63,758 nt of DNA from assembly GCA_964448445.1 (NCBI GenBank), contig CAYVAU010000001.1, positions 1 through 63,758 on the forward strand, given 5' to 3'. Both the position numbers and the translations under genes were made by a program. This stretch comes from an uncultured Thermodesulfobacteriota bacterium. Its GTDB lineage: Bacteria > Desulfobacterota > B13-G15. Under the pieces are notes generated by a model that worked only from the letters and a program-made list of their open reading frames with translations, was not told where the DNA came from and searched no databases. Of this stretch, positions 43,000 through 52,720 are shown in pieces (the stretch's first letter is position 1; each line of letters opens with the position of its first letter).

Positions 43000-43997
43000 A
43001 GGAGGGCAATCGCCAGAAGGAGCTTTGGGCCTATGTGAGGCTTCTGGAGGAATTCCTCCAGGTCTGGCTCTATTTCAAGGACCTTTACCGCAAGTATCGC
43101 AGGAAGGAGTTGACCTTTGGAGATATTGCCGCTTTTGTGGGCGACAAGGACCCCTACCTGCCCATGTATCACCTGAAGGAGCTTTCCCACCGGCTCTTCC
43201 GGGATCCCGAAGGGAAGCCCCCTGAGGAGGGGAGGCTCATAGATCTGGCCATAGGCTCCATCTTCCATGAGGCCATGAAGCTGAGGGAAAACCTCTATCA
43301 GCTGGAGGTTTATAGGCCTTCTTATCAGAGGATCAGGACCGAGGAACTTTCCCCTTACCAGGAGAGGCTCCATCAGGAATTCTCCAAGATCGGCAGGAGG
43401 GCCGAGAGGGCCCTAAGGGAGGGGATGGCCGAGGCCCGGAGGCTCTTCCAGAACACCCTGGAGCAGATAAGGGCCTTCATGGCCGCAAGGGGGAAGGGAA
43501 ATCCCTTGCTCGTTCGCTTTCTGCTTAAGTCCGAGGGCCTCCTGCGCCGCGCCTACGGCAGGAGGGGCTTCGATAGCCTGATGGCGGAGATATTTCCTGA
43601 AGGGGTGGCCTCGGCCTTAAGGGAAGGGGCCTTAAGCCTTATGGAAGGGATGCATTTCGGGGAGGCCGAAAAACTCTGGGAACGTTACCTGCGGTTCAAC
43701 CCCGATGATCTGGAGGCCCGTTTCCTGAGACTTTATTGCCGGGGCTACGATGCATATCTTCAGAACAGATATGGGGTGGCCTTGACAGCGTGGCGGAAGG
43801 CATTGAGATTTGCCGAGGCCATGGGGGTCCCAAACGCCAAGGGGTACCTCGAGAGGATGGCGGAACTGACGGCCCGTATGGGAAGGGAATTGCAGGAGGA
43901 GGACAAGGAAGGTCAGGCCAGGGTTGCCTTCAGGCTTTCGGAGAAACTCAGGTTGAAAAGCATGCAAGGAGGGAAAGATGCCGATTTACGAGTTTGA
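42996..43997 (+). CDS. hypothetical protein, all-helical with a TPR-like C-terminal part
   Basis: I recognise no family. Coding is supported by length, composition, and a GTGA overlap with the upstream gene. Confidence 0.55.
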   Translation: MKEGNRQKELWAYVRLLEEFLQVWLYFKDLYRKYRRKELTFGDIAAFVGDKDPYLPMYHLKELSHRLFRDPEGKPPEEGRLIDLAIGSIFHEAMKLRENLYQLEVYRPSYQRIRTEELSPYQERLHQEFSKIGRRAERALREGMAEARRLFQNTLEQIRAFMAARGKGNPLLVRFLLKSEGLLRRAYGRRGFDSLMAEIFPEGVASALREGALSLMEGMHFGEAEKLWERYLRFNPDDLEARFLRLYCRGYDAYLQNRYGVALTAWRKALRFAEAMGVPNAKGYLERMAELTARMGRELQEEDKEGQARVAFRLSEKLRLKSMQGGKDADLRV

Positions 43998-44202
43998 GTG
44001 TGAGAACTGTGGAGAGACCTTTGAGACCCTGTTGCTTTCGCGATCCAATGAGGTGAGCTGTCCCCACTGTGGGGGGAGGAACCTCAAGAGGGTGATGTCG
44101 ATTTGTGCCCTCTCTGCAGGAGGAAGATTCCGCTCAACCGCTTCGAGTTCCGGCGGCTGTTCCGGCTGCAGTACCACAAGTTGCGCAGGGTGTAAGCCCT
44201 AA
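43978..44202 (+). CDS. FmdB-family zinc-ribbon protein
   Basis: MPIYEFECENCG...CPHCGG, with a Cys/Ser/Gly-rich tail. Confidence 0.85.
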   Translation: MPIYEFECENCGETFETLLLSRSNEVSCPHCGGRNLKRVMSICALSAGGRFRSTASSSGGCSGCSTTSCAGCKP

Positions 44203-45344
44203 AGAAAGGCTTCCTTCATCCTGAAGATAGCTCCCTCAACCCCTCCGGGGTATTCCCGCTCCAATTTCCGCTTCAATTCCTCCACCTGGTTGAAGCGCAC
44301 CAGATCCTCCATGTCATCGAGCCTCTCGTAAACCCCGGCCCTCCTCCCCAGGCAGAAATTAAGCTTCTCTTCAGGGGAGAGGGAGAGGAAGCGGTCGATT
44401 ATCCCCAGCAGTTTCGGCTTTTCTTCGGGTATCTTCCCCTCCAGTTCCCCCAGAAGGTTCAGGATGTGGTCGCTTACTAGGTAACTTTCGGCCTCAAGGG
44501 ACTCCACAAAGAGCCTTATCTCCCTCACCACTTCCTCTTCACTTTCGAGCTCAAACTCCCCTCGCTGGATCTTTTCCCACAAGGGCATCTGTGGTAGGAC
44601 CATGAGGGTCCTCAAGCGGATGAAGTGGGGGCTGATTTGGTTAAGGACCTCGGCGGTCTTCAGAGCGTGTTCCCTCCACCATCGCCTCCCTCCAAGCCCT
44701 GGCATGACGTACTCGGAAAGCTCGATTCCGGCCTCCATGATCTTTCTGCCCGCCTCAATATGCTGAGAAGCCGTAACCCCCTTTCTCATGTAATCGAGGA
44801 GGGGATCCCACCCGGTCTCAAGGCCCAAATGTAGCCTCGTCAGGCCGGCTTCCCTCAGCAGTTTCAGATCCTCGACGGTCTTGGTCCTTGCGATGGTTCG
44901 GGAACGGGCATAGCTGGTTATCCTTTCCACCTGGGGGAACCTTTCCTTCAGATGGGTGAGGATCTCGGCGAGATCTTGGGCCTTGAGCACGAGGGAGTTG
45001 GCATCCTGCAGAAACACCGTCTTCCCCCCCAAGTGGAGCCAGAGGGCGATCATGCGGAAACACTCGTTGTGAGGCTGGCCGAACACATAATGGAGGACCT
45101 CCCTTGAGATCTCCCCCCCTGCTCCAAGGCGCCAGGAGATTTCCCTCAATTGCTGGGCTATGCGGTAAGCGTTGTCGATATCCTCCTTTACCTCCTTTAC
45201 ACTTCGGCGCTCAAAACGCCTGCCCTTGTAGATATGACAAAAAAGACACTTGTTCCACGGGCAGTTGCGGGTGATCCGTAAAAGAAGGCTGTAAGCCTCA
45301 CTTGGTGGCCTTATGGGACCTATTTCGAACCTCACCTCCCGCAT
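44199..45344 (-). CDS. radical SAM domain protein of unknown function
   Basis: RNCPWNKCLFCHIY cluster motif (spacing CX4CX2C, read directly from the codons), followed by a TIM-barrel-like pattern (FLQDANSL, GLETG). Confidence 0.7.
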   Translation of the reverse strand: MREVRFEIGPIRPPSEAYSLLLRITRNCPWNKCLFCHIYKGRRFERRSVKEVKEDIDNAYRIAQQLREISWRLGAGGEISREVLHYVFGQPHNECFRMIALWLHLGGKTVFLQDANSLVLKAQDLAEILTHLKERFPQVERITSYARSRTIARTKTVEDLKLLREAGLTRLHLGLETGWDPLLDYMRKGVTASQHIEAGRKIMEAGIELSEYVMPGLGGRRWWREHALKTAEVLNQISPHFIRLRTLMVLPQMPLWEKIQRGEFELESEEEVVREIRLFVESLEAESYLVSDHILNLLGELEGKIPEEKPKLLGIIDRFLSLSPEEKLNFCLGRRAGVYERLDDMEDLVRFNQVEELKRKLEREYPGGVEGAIFRMKEAFL

Positions 45345-45363
45345 CCCAAAACAGGATAACCCC

Positions 45364-46368
45364 CTATCTGGGGAGTTTCAATCTCCTTTGATAGATCCTC
45401 ACTGCCCGGTTGTGTTCCTTGAGGGTCCTGGAGAAGTGGTGGGTACCATCGTTTTTGGAGACGAAATAAAGGTAAGGGACATCGGCGGGATAGAGGGCCG
45501 CCCTGAGGGAATCCACTCCGGGATTGCATATAGGGGTGGGGGGAAGTCCCCGCAGAAGATAGGTGTTGTAAGGGCTAGGGGTCCGGAGGTGTTCCCTGCG
45601 GAGATCACCCCGAAAGCTTTCACCGAGGCCGTAGATCACGGTAGGATCAGCACAGAGGGGCATCCGCTTCTTCAGGCGGTTGTGAAATACCGCCGATATC
45701 AGGGGTTTTTCCCAGGAGACGGACGTCTCCTTCTCGATGATGGAGGCCAGGGTAAGGACCTCGTAGTCGGTGAATCCGAGCTCTTTGGCCCTCAAAGAGA
45801 AGGCCTCAGGCCAATGGCGGCGGAAATTATCGACCATCACCCTTATAACCTTCTTCGGGTCCTCCGCAGGGGAGAAGAGGTAGGTATCGGGGAAGAGGAA
45901 TCCCTCAAGGCTTGGGTAATGAAGGCCCAGGGATTGCAGAAAATGCCGATCCCTGGATGCCTCAAGGAAGGCCTTCTTTGATTTGACTACTCCCTCCCTT
46001 TCTAGGATCTCAGCTATCTGGCTCACGGTTAAGCCCTCCGGTATCACCACCTTCAACAGGATTCCCCTTCCCTCCTTCAGGATCCTCAAGATCTCGAGGG
46101 GAGACAGGGGCTCTTGGAAGCGGTAAATGCCGGCCCTTATCCTCCTGTCCGTTCCTGTAATCCTCCCATAGAGATAGAGGGGAAGGGAAGTACCGATCAG
46201 CCCCCTTTCCTTGAGCAGCAAAAGGACCTCCTTGAAACTCGCCCCTTTGGGTATGGTCACCTCCTGAGGGGTCCAGGATTGGGGAGGGGTGCTCAGTTCG
46301 GACCAGGAGAGGACCAGGAGCAGGAAGGCCCCTGCGGCCAGAAGGACGAGGGGCTTATCGGGACGCAT
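45364..46368 (-). CDS. mltG: endolytic murein transglycosylase MltG (YceG-like)
   Basis: N-terminal TM segment, ASIIEKET, and SPYNTYLLRGLPPTPICNPG. Confidence 0.9.
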   Translation of the reverse strand: MRPDKPLVLLAAGAFLLLVLSWSELSTPPQSWTPQEVTIPKGASFKEVLLLLKERGLIGTSLPLYLYGRITGTDRRIRAGIYRFQEPLSPLEILRILKEGRGILLKVVIPEGLTVSQIAEILEREGVVKSKKAFLEASRDRHFLQSLGLHYPSLEGFLFPDTYLFSPAEDPKKVIRVMVDNFRRHWPEAFSLRAKELGFTDYEVLTLASIIEKETSVSWEKPLISAVFHNRLKKRMPLCADPTVIYGLGESFRGDLRREHLRTPSPYNTYLLRGLPPTPICNPGVDSLRAALYPADVPYLYFVSKNDGTHHFSRTLKEHNRAVRIYQRRLKLPR

Positions 46369-46780
46369 CGCCGTGTCTCCGCGCCTCCAGGTACCCTTGC
46401 AGGATGATGGCCGCCGCCAGTTTGTCCCTCACCTTCTTCCTCTTTCGGCGGCTCTGATCGGCCTGAAGCAGGATCCTCTCTGCTTGCTGGGTGCTGAACC
46501 TCTCGTCCCAAAATCTCACCGGTAGGCCGAGGGCCGCCTTGAGCTCCTCTGCAAAGGCCATCACCTTCTGGGCCTGGACCCCAAGGGAGCCGTCTGCCCG
46601 AAGGGGTAACCCTATGACCACCTCTTGGACGTTGTACCGAAGGGCTATCTCCCTGAGCCGCTTCAGGGTATCTGTCCCCTTCCTCTCGATGACCTCAAGT
46701 CCCTGAGCGATGATTCCCATCTGATCGCTCAAAGCGACCCCTATGCGCTTCTCCCCCACATCCAGGCCCATGATCCTCAT
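46355..46780 (-). CDS. ruvX: Holliday junction resolvase-like protein RuvX/YqgF
   Basis: MRIMGLDVGEKRIGVALSD and DERFST. The track ORF extends to 46816. Confidence 0.9.
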   Translation of the reverse strand: MRIMGLDVGEKRIGVALSDQMGIIAQGLEVIERKGTDTLKRLREIALRYNVQEVVIGLPLRADGSLGVQAQKVMAFAEELKAALGLPVRFWDERFSTQQAERILLQADQSRRKRKKVRDKLAAAIILQGYLEARRHGDASR

Positions 46781-46860
46781 CTTCCTGACGATTATATCCC
46801 TTTCCCGCAGGCCCAAGGAGGTTGCCTTCCCTTTGCCGTTGATGATACCCTTAGGCCACC

Positions 46861-47514
46861 ATGGCCAGCGGGATGAGGATAAGGTGGCTTGTGGTGGGTC
46901 CCCTTCAGACCAACTGTTACATCCTTTCCTGCGAAAGGACGGGGCTTTGTGCGGTAATAGATCCCGGAGGGGATGGGCCGAGGATCCAGAAGACCATAGA
47001 AGAAGAAGGCCTGCAGGTCCTTTACATCATCAATACCCATGGACATTTCGATCACACGGGGGCCAATGCCTATCTTAAAGCCATAAGCAGTGCCGAACTG
47101 CTCATCCACCGGGCCGATGCCCCAATGATCCTCCAACAATCAAGGAGTGCAGCCATGTGGGGGTTGCAGGTGGAGGATTCGCCCCCACCCGATAGGTTTA
47201 TCGATGAGGGTGACCTCATCATCATCGGCGACATCACCCTCAGGGTCCTCCATACCCCTGGCCATACCCCCGGGGGGATCTCGCTCTTCACCGACAGGGT
47301 GGTTTTTGTGGGCGATACCCTCTTTGCGGGCTCCATAGGCAGGACCGATTTCCCGGGCGGAAATTACCACCAGTTGATCTCATCGGTCAGGGAGAAGCTC
47401 TTTCCCCTGGGGGACGACGTGGTGGTCTATCCGGGTCACGGTCCCGAAACCACCATCGGACAGGAGAAGAGGACAAACCCCTTCTTCACAGGCCACGGAT
47501 TCGACTGGCTTTGA
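46861..47514 (+). CDS. MBL-fold hydrolase (glyoxalase II-like)
   Basis: NCYIL...INTHGHFDHTG...HTPGHTPGG...GRTDFPGG. Confidence 0.85.
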   Translation: MASGMRIRWLVVGPLQTNCYILSCERTGLCAVIDPGGDGPRIQKTIEEEGLQVLYIINTHGHFDHTGANAYLKAISSAELLIHRADAPMILQQSRSAAMWGLQVEDSPPPDRFIDEGDLIIIGDITLRVLHTPGHTPGGISLFTDRVVFVGDTLFAGSIGRTDFPGGNYHQLISSVREKLFPLGDDVVVYPGHGPETTIGQEKRTNPFFTGHGFDWL

Positions 47515-49365
47515 TCAGCCTTCCTGCTGAAAGCCGTAGGGTTCCAACAGTTTGGGGTTCAACCTGACCCCTTCCTCCTCCATCCTCTTGTTCAACCAGT
47601 TTGAGAGGATCTGCCTCTGCCAGATCTTCTCAAGGGCTAAAGCAAACCCCTCGGCATTGGGGCCCTTTCTCTCCTCCACCTCCTTCAACCTGAGGGCGAA
47701 AACCCTCCCCTGGATCTCGAAGGGGACGGGGGCAACAGGTTGGGAAGGAGTAAGTAGGGCCAGCTCTTCAGACCAGTAACGGGCCACCTCGGCCCTGGAG
47801 ATCGGCCCAACGGTCTCCTTCCCCAAGGCATACCTTCTCATCAATTCCGTCGGTTCCCTTCCTTCCCTCCAGCGCTGTAGGATCTCCTGAGCTATGGCCC
47901 GTGCCCGCAAGATCGCCTTCTGCTGCACAACCCTCCTCCTCACCTCCTCTCTGACCTCCTCAAGGGAAGGGATCCTTGAGGGGATCCTCTCCAGAAGCTT
48001 CAGGACGAAGAACCTCCCCCCATCCTCCACCATCGGGGAGATTTCCCCTGGGGTAAGAGAAAAGGCAACCCCCAGTAACTTCGGACACCTTCCTAGCCCC
48101 TTTATCTCATCGGCACGGGAAAGGGGCCCTACTATGTGGACCTCAAGCCCCATCTGTTTGGCATATTCCTCGAAATCTCCCTTTTTGGCATGGTAGGCGA
48201 AATCGGCCATCTTCATGGCACACAGGTCTTCGGCCTTTTGCCATCGGAGTTTCTCGACGATGCGGTCCTTCACTTCTCCGAAGGGCAAAAGCTTTGCGGG
48301 TTTCCTGTCCAGGAGCTTGACGATGTGAAACCCCCCCCGACCTTCAAAGAGCTTGACCTCACCCTTCTCCATCCGGGAGATGGCCTCCGATAGGTCCTCT
48401 GCGAGGTCACCGAGGGGGATGTAGCCGAGGTCTCCTCCTTTCTGCTTCGTAAGGGGATCTTCGGAGAATCGTTTGGCAAGCGAGGAGAAGTCCTCCCCCT
48501 TCTGCAGCTTTCCCATGACCTCCTGGGCCTTCTCCCTGTCCTTCAGGAAGATGTGCCCAAGCCTCACCCTCTCCGGGATGCTGAACTCCTCGGGATGTCG
48601 CCTGTAGTAATGCTCTGCCTCCTTGGGATCGACGCTCACCTCCTCGAGCACCTCCTGAGGCAGGCACCTCACATAGGCGATCTTCACCTTTTCGGGGATC
48701 CTGAACTCCTCCTGGTGCTCCGAAAGGTACCGGATGAGTTCCTCCTCTCGGACCTCAATCTCCCCCTTTAAGGCCTTGGCCTCCACTTTAATAGCCTCAA
48801 ATACAAGGCGTTCGGAGACCTTCGAGAGGATCCCTTCGGCCTCTTCTCGGCCGAAAAAGGGCATGGCTTCAATGGCCCTCTGGACCCTGCTGCGGAGGAG
48901 TGCTCTGGAGAGATTCTCCTCGAACTCCGAAGGGCTCAAGCCTTGCCGCCTCAGGAAGGAAAGATAAAGCTCCCTGTCGAAACGCCCCCCGCGCTGAAAA
49001 AGCGGCGAGCCGAAGATGGCCTCCCTCAGTTCCTGTGTGGACCCCCTTATACCCCACCTTTGGGCCTCAAGGTAGAGGAGGTGGCCGTTTATGAGGTTCG
49101 AAAGTACACTGCTTGCAACCCCCAGCCTCCTCACCTCCTCCCTTTCCAGGGCCCTTCCGGTCATCCTCTGCAGGCCCTCCAGGGTTTGCCTGAAGGTGCG
49201 ATCGAATTCACCGATGGTTATGGCGTATTTTCCCACCTCGGCCACCACCGTTTCCCTCTTTGAGCCGATCCTTCCCGTCCCCCAGAGGGCGAAGGCCAGG
49301 ATGATGAGTCCCATGATGATCTTTATCCCCCAGGATGCGGCCCGCTTGCGAAAATATTTGAGCAT
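47515..49365 (-). CDS. ppiD: periplasmic chaperone / peptidylprolyl isomerase PpiD (SurA-N plus parvulin-like)
   Basis: MLKYFRKRAASWGIKIIMGLIILAF membrane anchor and a parvulin-like segment (HIFLKD...GGDLGYIP). ATG at 49365 is preceded by GGGAGGAGGGG; the track ORF extends to 49446. Confidence 0.8.
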   Translation of the reverse strand: MLKYFRKRAASWGIKIIMGLIILAFALWGTGRIGSKRETVVAEVGKYAITIGEFDRTFRQTLEGLQRMTGRALEREEVRRLGVASSVLSNLINGHLLYLEAQRWGIRGSTQELREAIFGSPLFQRGGRFDRELYLSFLRRQGLSPSEFEENLSRALLRSRVQRAIEAMPFFGREEAEGILSKVSERLVFEAIKVEAKALKGEIEVREEELIRYLSEHQEEFRIPEKVKIAYVRCLPQEVLEEVSVDPKEAEHYYRRHPEEFSIPERVRLGHIFLKDREKAQEVMGKLQKGEDFSSLAKRFSEDPLTKQKGGDLGYIPLGDLAEDLSEAISRMEKGEVKLFEGRGGFHIVKLLDRKPAKLLPFGEVKDRIVEKLRWQKAEDLCAMKMADFAYHAKKGDFEEYAKQMGLEVHIVGPLSRADEIKGLGRCPKLLGVAFSLTPGEISPMVEDGGRFFVLKLLERIPSRIPSLEEVREEVRRRVVQQKAILRARAIAQEILQRWREGREPTELMRRYALGKETVGPISRAEVARYWSEELALLTPSQPVAPVPFEIQGRVFALRLKEVEERKGPNAEGFALALEKIWQRQILSNWLNKRMEEEGVRLNPKLLEPYGFQQEG

Positions 49366-49427
49366 CCCCTCCTCCCGTTGACCCGGATCCCCTAAATGGT
49401 AGGATAAGGGGCCGAGGAGGTAAAGGG

Positions 49428-50732
49428 ATGATAGAGCGTTACACAAGGCCTAAGATGGCAGAGCTATGGAGCGAGGAGAACAAACTGAGGAAGTGGCTCC
49501 AGGTGGAGATCGCCGTATGCGAAGGTTGGGCAAGACTTGGGGTCATCCCAGAAGGTGACCTCAGGGAGATAAAGCAGAAGGTCCGGCTTGACCCATCGAG
49601 GATCAGGGAACTGGAGAAGGAGACGCGCCACGATGTGGCGGCCTTCGTGATGCAACTGGAGGAGTCCATTGGAAAGGCGGGCAGGTGGATCCACTTTGGC
49701 CTCACTTCTTATGATGTGGTGGATACAGCCCTGGCCCTCCTGCTCAAGGAGGCACTAAAGATAATCCTCGATGACCTGGACCTCCTCATGGAGGTCTTAA
49801 AGGAACGGGCTTTCGAGCACAGGGAAACGGTGATGATCGGCAGGACCCACGGCGTTCACGCCGAACCGGTGACCTTCGGACTGAAGCTCGCCCTTTGGTA
49901 CGATGAGATGAGGCGCAACAGGCATAGGTTGACCTCAGCCCTTGACACCATAAGCGTCGGTAAGATCTCCGGGGCGGTGGGGACCTATGCCCACGTTCCA
50001 CCCGAGGTGGAGGAATATGTTTGCAGCAAGCTCGGGTTGAGGCCTGCACCCATCTCGTCCCAGATCCTCCAAAGGGACAGACACGCCGAGGTGATGGCGG
50101 CCCTCGCCCTTCTGGCTTCCTCGGTGGAAAAGATCGCCCTCGAGATAAGACACCTGCAGAGGACCGAGGTCCTCGAGGTGGAGGAGCCCTTCCTCGAGGG
50201 ACAGAAGGGCTCCTCTGCCATGCCCCATAAGAGGAACCCCGTGGGTTCGGAGAACCTCTGTGGGTTGGCAAGGGTCGTGCGGGGGAACCTCATGGCCGCC
50301 CTTGAGAACATCGCCCTATGGCACGAAAGGGATATAAGCCATTCCTCGGTGGAGAGGATCATACTGCCCGATACCACGATCCTCCTTGACTACATGCTGG
50401 CGAGGCTCACCGGCATCTTGAAGGGGATGAGGATCCACCCCGAAAGGATGAAGGAGAACCTCCTTTTGACCCGAGGGCTCATCTTCTCCGAGTCCCTCAT
50501 GCTCGAGATGATAAAAAGGGGCCTCCAGAGACAGGAGGCTTACCGCTTGGTGCAGAGGAACGCCACTGAGGCATGGGAGAAGGGAAAAGATTTTAAGGAG
50601 CTGATCAGGATAGACCCCGAGATCTCTCAGATCCTCAGCGAAAGGGATATAGAGGAATGCTTTTCCTTGACAAGGCACCTTGAGCACGTTAACTTTGTTT
50701 TCAAAAAGGTATTCGGGAAGGAGAAGGGGTGA
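49428..50732 (+). CDS. purB: adenylosuccinate lyase
   Basis: MIERYTRPKM, GRTHGVHAEP, and the signature GSSAMPHKRNP. Confidence 0.95.
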   Translation: MIERYTRPKMAELWSEENKLRKWLQVEIAVCEGWARLGVIPEGDLREIKQKVRLDPSRIRELEKETRHDVAAFVMQLEESIGKAGRWIHFGLTSYDVVDTALALLLKEALKIILDDLDLLMEVLKERAFEHRETVMIGRTHGVHAEPVTFGLKLALWYDEMRRNRHRLTSALDTISVGKISGAVGTYAHVPPEVEEYVCSKLGLRPAPISSQILQRDRHAEVMAALALLASSVEKIALEIRHLQRTEVLEVEEPFLEGQKGSSAMPHKRNPVGSENLCGLARVVRGNLMAALENIALWHERDISHSSVERIILPDTTILLDYMLARLTGILKGMRIHPERMKENLLLTRGLIFSESLMLEMIKRGLQRQEAYRLVQRNATEAWEKGKDFKELIRIDPEISQILSERDIEECFSLTRHLEHVNFVFKKVFGKEKG

Positions 50733-50950
50733 AGGCGAAACTTATAGCGATTGTTGTGATTTTGGCATTGGTGTTGATTTACACCTTGCAGAATACGGAA
50801 GCGGTGACCATATCCTTTGTCAGCTGGGATTTTTCTGCTTCCAAGGCCCTTTTGAGCCTGGGTGCCTTTTTGGCGGGAGTCATCCTCGGATTTATTCTCG
50901 GGAAGGTGGATACTCGCAAGGCCAAAAAAGATCGGTGGGAGGTGGATTGA
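50729..50950 (+). CDS. LapA-domain (DUF1049) small inner-membrane protein
   Basis: Two TM segments with QNTEAVTISF between them. The GTG start overlaps the purB stop. Confidence 0.7.
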   Translation: MKAKLIAIVVILALVLIYTLQNTEAVTISFVSWDFSASKALLSLGAFLAGVILGFILGKVDTRKAKKDRWEVD

Positions 50951-50951
50951 G

Positions 50952-51167
50952 ATGTCAGCTCTTGCTTTAATTATTGCAATCATTGCCCTGATTCTGGCGA
51001 TATTGGCCTATCAGCGCACGGGCGGGGAATGGGAGTTGAGGAGGCGGTTGGACACCCTTTCGGGTGCCCTTGACAACCTCCGTGAGAAGACCGCCGATCT
51101 CCTGGATAAGATGGAGACCGCCCTGCGCAAAGGGGAACAAAAGGAAGAGGGGGGAACTTCCGCCTGA
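50952..51167 (+). CDS. small membrane-anchored coiled-coil protein, 71 aa
   Basis: ATG at 50952, directly after the LapA-like stop. MSALALIIAIIALILAILAY TM segment, then a charged helical tail. Confidence 0.5.
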   Translation: MSALALIIAIIALILAILAYQRTGGEWELRRRLDTLSGALDNLREKTADLLDKMETALRKGEQKEEGGTSA

Positions 51168-51170
51168 GGC

Positions 51171-52121
51171 ATGGAAGGCGAGTCCTCTTTAAGTCCTCTG
51201 CGTGTCGTCCGCGCCGCTCTCCTTTCAAATCTTGTGATCGCCCTCATTAAGTTCATAGCGGCTTCTGCGACGGGAAGTACTGCGCTTTTGGCAGAAGGGT
51301 TCCATTCGGTGGCCGATGGGGCCAATCAGGGGCTTTTGCTGGTCGGCATAAAGCTCAGTCGCCGCCCTCCTGACCCCGAACATCCCTTTGGCCATGGTAA
51401 GGAGCGGTATTTCTGGGCCTTTGTGGTATCGGTGTTCATCTTCATCATCGGGGCCTTCTTCTCGGTATTCGAGGGGATACATAAGGTCCTCTCTCCCGCT
51501 CCCCTGGCTCACACCCGCTGGGGCTATCTGGTCCTTCTGGCCTCGGGAATCTGTGAGTTCTGTTCCTGGAGGGTGGCCTACTCCGAGCTTAGGCCCTTCA
51601 TAAAGAGGTGGGGGTTGTTCAGGACGCTTAAGGATTCGAAATCCCCCGGGGTCTTCATCGCCTTCTTGGAGGACAGCGCCGCGATGATGGGGTTGCTGCT
51701 GGCCTTCATGGGCATATTGCTCACGGAACTGACGGGAAGGTCCCTTTTTGACGGCCTTGCCTCGATCAGCATAGGGATCCTTCTGGGTCTCATAGCGTTT
51801 TTCGTCTCCTACGAGACCAAGAGCCTCCTCATAGGAGAGGCCGTGTCCCCTGAGGAATTGGACAAATTGAGGGAGGCCATCCTCAGGGTCCCCGAGGTCC
51901 AAGAGGTAATAGACATCCTGACCATGCACCTTGGTCCCGACGATGTGCTGGTGAACCTCAACGTGAACTTTGCAGACGGCTTGACCACCGATCAGGTCGA
52001 GGAGGCCATCGACAAGGTCGAGAAGGCCATCCAGGAAGCACTGCCCTCGGTGAAGAGGATCTTCGTTGAGGCCGAATCCATAAGGAAACCCATAAGGAGG
52101 GAATTCACCGAGATCCCTTGA
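51171..52121 (+). CDS. cation diffusion facilitator (CDF) family transporter
   Basis: Six TM segments with HSVADGANQ and FLEDSAA motifs, plus a C-terminal cytoplasmic domain. Confidence 0.85.
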   Translation: MEGESSLSPLRVVRAALLSNLVIALIKFIAASATGSTALLAEGFHSVADGANQGLLLVGIKLSRRPPDPEHPFGHGKERYFWAFVVSVFIFIIGAFFSVFEGIHKVLSPAPLAHTRWGYLVLLASGICEFCSWRVAYSELRPFIKRWGLFRTLKDSKSPGVFIAFLEDSAAMMGLLLAFMGILLTELTGRSLFDGLASISIGILLGLIAFFVSYETKSLLIGEAVSPEELDKLREAILRVPEVQEVIDILTMHLGPDDVLVNLNVNFADGLTTDQVEEAIDKVEKAIQEALPSVKRIFVEAESIRKPIRREFTEIP

Positions 52122-52123
52122 GT

Positions 52124-52720
52124 TCAGACCTCCCTCCTCCCCTCCAGGGCACTGCTTAAGGTCCGGGGATCGGCATACTCGATCTCCGCACCGGCGGGAA
52201 GGCCCTGCGCTATGCGGGTTATCTTCACCCCAAGGGGCCTGAGCACCTTGAACAGATACAGAAAGGTCGCCTCTCCCTGGACATCGGGATCCGTAGCTAT
52301 GATCACCTCCCGGGGTCGCTCAACCTTGACCCTTTCGATCAACTCCTGAACCTTCAACTCCTTGGGCCCCATCCCCTCCAAGGGAGATATGGCACCATGA
52401 AGCACATGATACAGACCGCGATAGACCCCCGTGGACTCAATGGCCACAAGGGCATGAACCTCCTCCACCACACAAATGATACCCCCATCCCTCCCCGGAT
52501 CCGAACACACCGCACAAAAATCCCCCTCGGCAATATTAAAACATCGTTTGCAAAGTTTTATCCTCTGTTGTAATTCGTCTATGGCCTGGGCCAGGTCTTG
52601 GGCGTCTTTGGGGTGTTTTAGCAGGTGGAGGGCGAACCTTGAGGCGGTTTTCCTTCCGACTCCTGGGAGTCTGGTGAGGGTTTCGATGAGCCTTTCCAGC
52701 GTTTCGGTGTAGCGGGACAT
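52124..52720 (-). CDS. recR: recombination protein RecR
   Basis: LPGVGRKTA helix-hairpin-helix, a C4 zinc finger (CKRCFN...CAVC), and a Toprim domain. Confidence 0.95.
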   Translation of the reverse strand: MSRYTETLERLIETLTRLPGVGRKTASRFALHLLKHPKDAQDLAQAIDELQQRIKLCKRCFNIAEGDFCAVCSDPGRDGGIICVVEEVHALVAIESTGVYRGLYHVLHGAISPLEGMGPKELKVQELIERVKVERPREVIIATDPDVQGEATFLYLFKVLRPLGVKITRIAQGLPAGAEIEYADPRTLSSALEGRREV

